64,000 bases of DNA, from contig OZ242351.1 in the NCBI GenBank assembly GCA_965208675.1, positions 1,376,001 through 1,440,000 on the forward strand. The letters are read 5' to 3'. The DNA comes from Candidatus Poribacteria bacterium (GTDB taxonomy: Bacteria > Poribacteria > WGA-4E > PCPOR2b). Below are positions 10,269-19,000 of this stretch, piece by piece. The notes below the pieces were generated by a model. That model was not told the DNA's origin and ran no database searches. It saw only the letters and a list, made by a program, of their open reading frames with translations. The position numbers and the translations under genes are program-made. Each line of letters opens with the position of its first letter. Position 1 is the stretch's first letter.

Positions 10269-10499
10269 GCCCGGGTGGTCCCGTCCGTTGACCAACCGCG
10301 GGCAGTGAACTCCTACTATACAGATACCATTGGGAAAAGCGGGTAGGGGAACCCAACCCCAACGATTGGTCATTTGGTTGGAGTTGCTCCGATTGTGTTT
10401 ATTGCCTCCTCTAACTACACCTTGGTTAGGGGTAGGATACAGAAGGCGGCAACCTATTATGATTACCTGTCAATGCAACAGAATATTGGAGAAATGCGT

Positions 10500-10853
10500 A
10501 TGAAACGCTATGCACAGACTGTTCTGCTGAAGGATGACACGAAAATCATCAGGCAGTACGAAGAATACCATGCCAATCCGTTTCCAGAGGTAATAAGCGG
10601 CGTCCAGCACTGCGGCGTATTGCGGCTTTTTATTTACCGCTATGGGCGGCAACTCTTTATGTTCATGGAGGCTGAAGACGACTTCGACTTGGAACGAGAT
10701 ATGCCAAAATACATGGCTCACCCTAGAGCTAGAGAATGGGACACGCTGATGCGCACTTTCCAAGAGACAGTTCCGGGGGCGCCGGAAGGTTCGACTTGGG
10801 TAGAGATGAAAGAGGTTTTCGCCTATGACGGCGAACTCATTCCGATATCTTAG
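10500..10853 (+). CDS. L-rhamnose/L-fucose mutarotase family protein
   Basis: MKRYAQ...YEEYHANPFPEV...IYRYGRQLFMFME...EWDTLM...WVEMKEVF; start placed at ATG 10500 behind GGAG. Confidence 0.85.
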   Translation: MKRYAQTVLLKDDTKIIRQYEEYHANPFPEVISGVQHCGVLRLFIYRYGRQLFMFMEAEDDFDLERDMPKYMAHPRAREWDTLMRTFQETVPGAPEGSTWVEMKEVFAYDGELIPIS

Positions 10854-10926
10854 CTGAATCTCGAGGAAACCTAAGCGAGTCGGTAACGCGAAGTAATGCG
10901 ATTTCGAATCAACCGGAGGTAACGAT

Positions 10927-11790
10927 GTGGCTCCTAACGTAATGCCAATTCCGCAAGATTTTACCAAGGTGACGCTAATCACTGGCGGCAGCAAGGGTAT
11001 CGGGTCCGGCTGCGCGCGGGTCTTTGTCGAAGCTGGCGCACCGGTCGTCATCTGCGCAAGAGGCAGTGAAGTCGGCGAAGCATTGGCCGCAGATCTAAAC
11101 TCACAAGGACCTGGCGAATGCCATTTTCGGCAGTGCGATGTATCCGTACCAGAAGACATTTATCGAGTCATAGACTGGACTGTTGACAGGTATGGACGCT
11201 TGGACTGTCTGATTAATAACGCCGGTATGCATCCGCCGCATAAAGCGATAGATGAATTTTCGGTCGAAGATTTTAAGCAATTGTTGGACCTGAACTTGGT
11301 CAGCTATTTTGCTGCGTCCAAGTACGCCCTGCCGCATCTGAGAGAGGTTCGCGGCAGCATCATCAATATGGGAAGCTTGGTCGGAACTATGGGGCAGCAG
11401 TTGGCGACTATCTATTGCGCGACCAAGGGCGGCATCAGTGCGTTCACCAAAGCGCTTGCTATTGAGGAAGCGCGACACGGCGTACGTGTAAACGCGGTGC
11501 TGCCGGGTAACATCTTGTCCAACAGCCGTGTCGAGGGGGTGGCTCAATCGGAGAACCCTGAAGAACTCAATAAGCTGGTGGATAGCTGGCAGTGGTCGGG
11601 GCGCAGCGGTTCTAATGAGGAAGCCGGTTATGTCTGTCTGTTTCTGGCGAGCGATTGGGCCAGTTATGTCACCGGTATTGACCTAATTATCAGCGGCGGA
11701 TCGGAACTGGGTTACGGGGTCAAAGCGCCGTGGAATATAGGGTTGGATTTGGTAAAATCACAGTATCCCGATCCGGTTAATCCGCTGTGA
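10927..11790 (+). CDS. SDR oxidoreductase, HSD17B14/L-fucose dehydrogenase-like
   Basis: TGGSKGIG, NNAG and YCATK; the distinctive LDCLINNAGMHPP and C-terminal GGSELGYGVKA resemble HSD17B14. Confidence 0.8.
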   Translation: MAPNVMPIPQDFTKVTLITGGSKGIGSGCARVFVEAGAPVVICARGSEVGEALAADLNSQGPGECHFRQCDVSVPEDIYRVIDWTVDRYGRLDCLINNAGMHPPHKAIDEFSVEDFKQLLDLNLVSYFAASKYALPHLREVRGSIINMGSLVGTMGQQLATIYCATKGGISAFTKALAIEEARHGVRVNAVLPGNILSNSRVEGVAQSENPEELNKLVDSWQWSGRSGSNEEAGYVCLFLASDWASYVTGIDLIISGGSELGYGVKAPWNIGLDLVKSQYPDPVNPL

Positions 11791-11993
11791 ATCGGGTCAT
11801 AATTACGTTAGTAACAACCGCCACTTGACGATTGTGCACATTTCCCTCATTAAATGTGGTAAGTTTGATTTCCTAATTGAACCGGACTCATACAGTCTGT
11901 AGATACGGCTATAATCCGCACTTACCGAATCATGAGTAAAAATGAATCAAATGGACTATAATATGTGGCAAAATGAAATCAGGAGAAGTTTTT

Positions 11994-12776
11994 ATGGGTC
12001 AAGCAATTAACAAGTTTCGAGAGAAACTCAAATCGGGAACCGTCTGCCTGGGGCCGGGCATAACGCTAACAGATCCGCTCGTTACCGATGCATTGGGCGA
12101 CTCGGTAGATTTTTTTTGGGTCGACTTAGAACATAGTTTAATGAGTCCTGAAGCGCTCAACGGACACCTTTTGTCGGCGCGTGCTAGGGAAGTCGCTTCT
12201 CTAGTACGTGTGAGCGGCAGCGCAACACCGTTTATCAAGCCGGTGCTAGATGCGGGCGCGGACGGGATAGTTGTGCCGCAGGTTCAGAGTGCGGAAGAGG
12301 TGCGACAAGTTATCCGCGATTGCCACTATCCTCCGCTAGGCACCCGCGGCTTCGGTCCGCGAGTGCCGTCCAATTACGGCCGCGAGGGCGGGAGTGAATA
12401 CGTTGACCGCGCCAATGCAGACATCTTTGTTGCTGTGCAGATTGAAACTATGGGCGCGTTGGAAGCTATCGACGAGATCGTAGCCATACCGGGTATAGAT
12501 TCTTTGGTCATTGGTCCCCAGGACCTTTCGGGGGCGTTAGGACTGCTCGGCGATGTCGAACATCCCAAAGTCGTCGCCGCCATTGAAACGATAGTCAAGA
12601 AGGCGCGCGATGCCGGACTGTTTGTCGGCGCAGGGATGGGAACAGACCCAGACTACGCTTACATTATGGCGAAACGCGGCGTACAATGGCTTCAGATAGG
12701 CGGCGACTTTGGATACCTTATTGCATACATGGACGAACTCAATTTGTCAGTGCGAAGCAGGATAGAGAACGCATAA
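11994..12776 (+). CDS. HpcH/HpaI class II aldolase (2-keto-3-deoxy sugar-acid aldolase-like)
   Basis: VDLEH, LDAGADGIVVP, YPPLGTRG, QIET and IGPQDLS; start at 11994 behind AGGAG (ORF track starts at 11973). Confidence 0.88.
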   Translation: MGQAINKFREKLKSGTVCLGPGITLTDPLVTDALGDSVDFFWVDLEHSLMSPEALNGHLLSARAREVASLVRVSGSATPFIKPVLDAGADGIVVPQVQSAEEVRQVIRDCHYPPLGTRGFGPRVPSNYGREGGSEYVDRANADIFVAVQIETMGALEAIDEIVAIPGIDSLVIGPQDLSGALGLLGDVEHPKVVAAIETIVKKARDAGLFVGAGMGTDPDYAYIMAKRGVQWLQIGGDFGYLIAYMDELNLSVRSRIENA

Positions 12777-12803
12777 GATAATCGGTACGGGAGGTATAGC
12801 ACT

Positions 12804-13727
12804 ATGCTGATTGACGCACATGCGCACATTTTCCCCGAGGTGAACGGGATGAATGCGGCGGGCCCCACGCGCGGCTTAGGTTACGGGCGTGTCACAATCG
12901 GGGATCAACCGCTTCAACTATTTCCGCCCAACGGCGCGAAAACTGAAGTCACTCCCGAAATGCTTTTGGCATATATGGATTGGGGCGGAGTTGACAAGAC
13001 GATGCTGCTTCAGGGTCCGTTTTACGGTGAGTGCGACCAATACGTCCTTGACGCCATGAACAGTTATCCGGACCGCTTTATGGGCGCTGCCTACCTCGAT
13101 CCTTGGGCGTCGGATTGCCGTGAGGCATTGGACAGAATTGCCGCGTCAGCGGGTTTCCGCGCCGTAAAAATGGAGTGTTCTGAAGCTTCAGGCCTGTGCG
13201 GGATTCACCCCGAAGGAAGGCTGGATTCGCCTGATATCGAATGGATTTGGGATGACCTTGAGCGCCGCAATTGGGTACTTGTTTTCGATCTGGGCGCGGT
13301 AGGCAGCCGTTCTTATCAGACTAGCGCGGTGCGCGGAATTGCGGAATCGCACCCTAATCTTCGAATTGTAATTGCGCATTTGGGGCAGCCAAACCTAAGA
13401 GTCGAGTCCGACCCGGAACTTTGGGGGTTGTGGCAAGACCAGATAGATTTGGGAACGCTGCCCAACGTATGGTTTGACAATTCCGCAGTGCCAGCTTACC
13501 TCGCGGATGAAGGCTACCCATTCCCGAGCGCGGAGCGGTATATGCGTTTAGCAATTGACCGCTTTGGACCGTCCAAGTTGATGTGGGGTACTGATGTTCC
13601 GGGTTTACTATCTCAAGCGACCTATACGCAGCTCGTGAAGTTGGCCGAACTGCACACGCATTTTCTCTCCGCGGATGAACAAGCCATGGTACTTGGCGGT
13701 ACTGCTTTGCAGGTGTATGGGGGTTGA
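12804..13727 (+). CDS. Amidohydrolase_2 family protein (sugar lactonase-like)
   Basis: IDAHAH, VIAHLGQP and LMWGTDVP. Confidence 0.82.
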   Translation: MLIDAHAHIFPEVNGMNAAGPTRGLGYGRVTIGDQPLQLFPPNGAKTEVTPEMLLAYMDWGGVDKTMLLQGPFYGECDQYVLDAMNSYPDRFMGAAYLDPWASDCREALDRIAASAGFRAVKMECSEASGLCGIHPEGRLDSPDIEWIWDDLERRNWVLVFDLGAVGSRSYQTSAVRGIAESHPNLRIVIAHLGQPNLRVESDPELWGLWQDQIDLGTLPNVWFDNSAVPAYLADEGYPFPSAERYMRLAIDRFGPSKLMWGTDVPGLLSQATYTQLVKLAELHTHFLSADEQAMVLGGTALQVYGG

Positions 13728-14024
13728 GGTAATCTCAAAATAACCGCTTACATCAAAAGACGATCTATCTGGCATTTATACGCATTTGTGGGCTAGTTAT
13801 GATGGTAATTGCGTTGTCCAAATAATTGTGCCGCCAGGTGCAATTGGAGAATCGTTAATTGATGGACAAAACATGACGTATTAGACTAAGGTCATAGTCG
13901 TAACATTTTATACCGGTCAACAACGGTTCAAACTTGTCATTTAACCGGATAAAATTAGGTTTATTGATTGAGGCGTCGTTAGCGAGGTCGCAAAGCATCA
14001 TTGGGACGGGTATCGTCCTGTGTA

Positions 14025-14729
14025 TTAATATGAGGCCTCTTGTACGTGTTGCATGAGTAAATCCAACTTCCGCCGATCTCGCACACCCTTCGCCGATTCG
14101 ACGCCCGAACAGAGATCGATACCAAATGGGCGGACGTTTTCAATCGCGGCCTTGACATTATCAGTGCGAATTCCACCCGCCAAGAACGCTGGAATTTTTG
14201 CATCGCCGATTAGTTGCCTTGCGAGTTTCCAATCGCTAGTTTTGCCGGTACCGCCATATCGAACCCTTCCCTCGCCGAAATCGACCGTGTCGAACAACAG
14301 AGCATCTGCCCCGGCGTCAACGTAAGTTTTTGCTTTAGCATTGATGGTACCAGCATCAAATTCTCTCCCGGCATCTGACGGCAAAAACAGCGATTTCCAG
14401 ACTTCGCACGACAGCACCCGTTTCAATCGCAAGATTTCGCCGGGTGGTTCATCTCCAAGCAGTTGAACCGCAAAAGGATTTATCTTGCTCACCGCTTGTT
14501 GAATCCAATCTACCGGCCGATTATATATCAGCACAACCGTTGAAATTTGGACACAACGTGCAATTTCGGCAGCATGATCGATAGAAACAGACCGATCGGA
14601 GACAGATGCTTCAACTACTATCCCGATGTAATCCGCCTCGGCCTCGGCTGCCATCTGCGCGTCTATATTATTGGTTGTACCGCATATTTTGACCTTGCTG
14701 CGAGTTTTTGTCATACAATTCGTTCGCAC
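14025..14729 (-). CDS. trpF: Phosphoribosylanthranilate isomerase
   Basis: KVKICG, VQL, LLFD, GGTGKTSDW, LAGGI and GIDLCSGVE; likely start ATG 14714. Confidence 0.85.
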   Translation of the reverse strand: MRTNCMTKTRSKVKICGTTNNIDAQMAAEAEADYIGIVVEASVSDRSVSIDHAAEIARCVQISTVVLIYNRPVDWIQQAVSKINPFAVQLLGDEPPGEILRLKRVLSCEVWKSLFLPSDAGREFDAGTINAKAKTYVDAGADALLFDTVDFGEGRVRYGGTGKTSDWKLARQLIGDAKIPAFLAGGIRTDNVKAAIENVRPFGIDLCSGVESAKGVRDRRKLDLLMQHVQEASY

Positions 14730-14797
14730 CTAAGAACTAATCCGATAATCATTGATGCACAACCCTTCTAATCGAACCAGTATTTACTCAGTTCTTC

Positions 14798-14821
14798 GGT
14801 GCGGTTGGAAACCGCACCTAC
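14798..14821 (-). repeat. GTAG-type REP-like palindrome
   Basis: Minus strand GTAGGTGCGGTTTCCAACCGCACC: GTAG tetranucleotide plus a perfect 9-bp hairpin. Confidence 0.7.
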
Positions 14822-14922
14822 TTGGACTTGGCTTCTGCGCACACCGAATCATGAATGTCGCACCTGCCGAAACTTGTGAATACATGAATTGTAGGTTAAG
14901 GGTTAAAGCAAAGGATTTTTGA

Positions 14923-15672
14923 TTACAAATTAAGCACATCGCGCATGTATCGACAGCTCATGGTGATACTCTCATTTGGCGCTTTGTCAGTCCGATCTTG
15001 CTCGACCATCAGCCACTCAACGTCAATGTCGTCGACTGCCCGCATAATTGCCCCCCAGTCGAGAATACCGTGACCAACTTCTCCGAAAGAGCCGTCGGGG
15101 TTCATATCTTTGAAGTGAAGGTATGCAACTCTATTCGCATAACGCTTTAAAAACTCCGCAGGATCATCACCGCCGCTTTTTACCCAGTATGTGTCGACAC
15201 AGGCATGAACATATTGGGGATCGGTTGATTCATACAGCTTCACAATTCCGGTGGTGCCGCCAAAATCCTTAAATTCCCAATTGTGATTGTGGTAGCAAAG
15301 TTTTACTCCCGCGTTGTTGCAGCGGCGTCCAACCTCGTTGAAGATTTCAGCGGCACGTTCATAGTCTTCAAGCGAATCGTTTCCACCCACGCCGGAAACC
15401 ATGAGGTGGCCGCACGCCGCCGCCTCAGCGGATTTAATCATGCCGTCAAAATGCTTAAGGCTGCCGTAACCGGTGTGAACGCCGGCGGTCACTAAATTGT
15501 GGGACGTTAGCAGGTCATTCACTTCCTCAATTGACCGTCCTCCTGCAGTCGGGTCTCCAGTTTCTATACCATCGTAGCCGGCGGCGGAAATTTCGGCGAG
15601 GACGCCGGGAAGATCGTTACTTGGGCGATCGCCGTAGATAATGAAATGACAACCCACTTTGTACTTGCTCAT
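14923..15672 (-). CDS. Sugar phosphate isomerase/epimerase (xylose isomerase-like TIM barrel)
   Basis: GYDGIE, YHNHNWEF, DTYW, HFKD, EVGHGILDW and VEQD. Confidence 0.87.
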   Translation of the reverse strand: MSKYKVGCHFIIYGDRPSNDLPGVLAEISAAGYDGIETGDPTAGGRSIEEVNDLLTSHNLVTAGVHTGYGSLKHFDGMIKSAEAAACGHLMVSGVGGNDSLEDYERAAEIFNEVGRRCNNAGVKLCYHNHNWEFKDFGGTTGIVKLYESTDPQYVHACVDTYWVKSGGDDPAEFLKRYANRVAYLHFKDMNPDGSFGEVGHGILDWGAIMRAVDDIDVEWLMVEQDRTDKAPNESITMSCRYMRDVLNL

Positions 15673-15951
15673 ACCACTCCTCCTTATATTCCTCGGAAAT
15701 TCGCAGAAATTGTACTTTTTAATACTTCAATTAGATGAATGTGCTCTAAACTCAAAGTGTGAAAATTTGGGATGCCCTGCAAATTTTGCACATCAACACA
15801 CCTCCGGTTACGTCATACTTTGCCCCCGCTATTAAATGTTCAATCTTCTTGTAAAACAGTAAATTACTACGGCTGAATTATTTACTCAAGTAAGATACCA
15901 TTTCAATATGCAAATCCGCAAGAGATTTATGAGATTGCTAGTTTTTGTGGC

Positions 15952-15980
15952 TTGACAAGATTTCTTGACTGTGATAGAAT
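15952..15980 (+). promoter_or_regulatory. Sigma70 promoter of the 16098-28166 operon
   Basis: TTGACA-N17-TAGAAT with an extended -10 TG. Confidence 0.75.
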
Positions 15981-16097
15981 CTCAAAGATTTTCATAAAGT
16001 TGCGAGAAACTGCCCCAAAATTGTACCGTCCCCAAAAACATCATTCGACCTATCTTCGCCTTGTGTAAACAAGGAGACAATCAACGGAGAACAAAAC

Positions 16098-19000
16098 ATG
16101 ACTGCGAGAAACTCGTTCGTCTGTGTTATAGCATTTTTCCTGCTCACGTTGATATCCACACAGATGCTCTTGGCATCCGAAGGAGACCAATCCATCGGCC
16201 TTTCAGAAATTGCCGTTGAGATTAGGGATCGGGTGGATATCGGCAGTATGCGAAAGGACATCGCACGGCTTTCTAGCCTATCGAGCCGCGTGACGGGTTA
16301 TCCCGAAGCGGCTTCTGCCAGCAAATACATCTTCGACCGGTTTGTTGAAATTGGCTTGCAAAATGTGGAAAGCCGTGAATTCCCAATCACAGTTCCGATC
16401 GACCAAGGCGACGGTACGCTGGCGGTGCTTGATGCAGACGGAAAGGCGGTCGTGACAATCGAAATGCGATCAGTTTGGCCAAACCTCGTCCGGACCTCAC
16501 TGCTTCCCATTGGAATTAAACATGTGGTTGAAGGCGGAGAATCTTTAGAGGCAATTGCTCAATCCTACCGCGTTGACGTTCAATCCATTCTTGATGACCC
16601 ACACAATAAGTTTCTCCAAGATCAGGCGACCGATGGGCGGGACAACAACGGTGATGGAGCGGTCGATGAACCCGGGGAATTCGCGTTGATTGACGGAAAT
16701 ACAGTTTTTATACCGACCGGCGGATTAACCGCGCCGCTTTTTTACGGCGGCGGCGGCGAACTAGTTGACTTCAACGGAAAAGACATCGGCGGTTTTTGGT
16801 ACGAGGTTCAGCCCGGTGATACACTGCGAGACATTGCTCATCGCTTTCGTATCGGAGTAGGCAGCATCACCGATGATGTGCTTAACGGCCATCTTCAAAA
16901 AACCGAGGATGGTATTGATAACAACGAGGATGGCCGAATTGATGAATACGGTGAAATTCCTCTCCTCGCCGATATATTACATTGGGATACAGACGGCATT
17001 GATAACGACGCGGACGGCTTTATTGATGAGCATCCCGGCGGAGAAACGGACGGAATTGACAACAACAACGACGGCCGTGTTGACGAGGAGGGCGAGTTCA
17101 TCGCTGCTTACGAATCAAGCATATTTATACCTCGCGGCAGCGTAGTATTAATTGATTTCAACTCCAGTACCAAATGGATAAACGCAGCAATGCTCGGCGC
17201 GAAGGCTGTGGTTTTTATTGAACCGGAAACCACAATTCGCGGGGAGGCAGAGAATAAGTTCCTGACAGTCCCTGCCAACATACCGCGGTTTTGGATTTCT
17301 CGGGCAGATGCTGACACGCTGTTGGCGATGCTTGGTGAATCTTCTGACCTTACATCCTCCACCGACGAACAACAAAGGGAGGTCACGGTCCGCCTCAGCG
17401 CAACGATGACGTGGGAACGACGAATTGGGCAGAATATCCGCGGTTTCCTTGATGGCGGCGACCCAGCACTCAAGGACGAACTTGTCGTAATCACGGGGTA
17501 TTACGACTCGATGTCGGTTGTTCCTGCGATTGCGCCAGGAGCTGATCCGACTGGTGGAATTGCTGCGCTTTTCGAACTGGCGCGCATATTTAGCAAAGCA
17601 GAATTCCGGCCGGGGCGTTCGATTCTGTTCGTTGCTACAGACGCTCATTTTCAGGGGCTGGCGGGAATGCGAGCGTTCATGGAGGGGATTGGCCAAGATG
17701 TCGTGGGGCGGGAAGCTGATTCACCCGGAACGCCAACAATGCGCGGACTGCGACGAGGTTTAGCAGCAGATCTGTTTGAATTCAAAGAACTTGGCCGCAA
17801 ACTGCTGCTGTCGATTGATCGGAACGTATTGGTGGATTTGCCTCCGAATTTCTTTTACGAAGTCCATCAGCTTGACGACGCCCTCGATTCGCTCCAAATT
17901 ACATTAGGTGATCTTGAGGGGACTCGTGGCCGCGTCGAATGGCTAAGGAACGCTCAACGGGATTATAAAGAGAAACAGAAGAAGAAGCTTGAAACCACTA
18001 AAAAGCGCGAAAAGCAGGGGTTTACCCAAGAGGAGCATTCCCGCCTCGAAATTAACTTGGCTAAGTACAAAAAAGATGCTTTACAGACTACCCAATTTTT
18101 GCGATCGGTGGTCAGACGTGTGGATAATTTACGATCCCAAGCGCTGGAAGAGTCTCGAAAGGCACAGCGGGATCTGATTGAGAATATCGCGTTGCCCATG
18201 GCGCGGCTTGATGAGTGGGCGATTACGAAACTGGCGGCTGATCTGGCGGCGAAAAACATTGGCGGCAACTACGATCGAACGGCCGACAGTTCCTACCTGA
18301 AACCGAATGCGGACCAAGACGGAAACTACTACCTCCCGGTGCCATCCGACTTGATTGACACGCCATTGGCTAAAGCAGTGAATCGGCTTTCCGACCATTT
18401 AGAGGATTGGGAACTCAAAGACCGCCGAAAGTTTGCACTTCAATATGCTCAAGAACAACTCCTGGATCGGCACCTCGATTTTCACGGCTTAGAACAGATA
18501 AAAGAATCCCGGGAAATTGTACATCGCGCGACTAGAGCTTTAGGTGAATACATTGCAGAAGAGGAACAGGTCTTAAACCGCACGCTTCAAAAGATTCCTA
18601 CCGACACAGACTCCGAGTCACGCATCAAAACCGCCATTAACGGTTTACGAAGGGATGCTGCTTACGCGCCCGAGGATATTGACACGATTGTCGGCCCATT
18701 CCTTGGTGAATCCAGTCTGAACCGCTACAAGGTCATTCAAAAACAGCTTCGCCAAAAATTGGCGGAAATCGAGAGCACCGACGCCGGCGCGGTGGATCGA
18801 GAATCTCACGCCATATTCATTGAAGAACTGACTAAAGATAAACAAGCCATCTTCGAAACCGCCATGCGAAATGCCAGGCTTGAAAGGCAGCGTATCGAAT
18901 CGCTTTTGGAATTGCAACGCCACGCGTCGTTGAACCGGCCGTATCTTGAGGAAGAATTATTGGTGTTGAGCCACTACCTACCAGCCGACGAAGTTGACAC

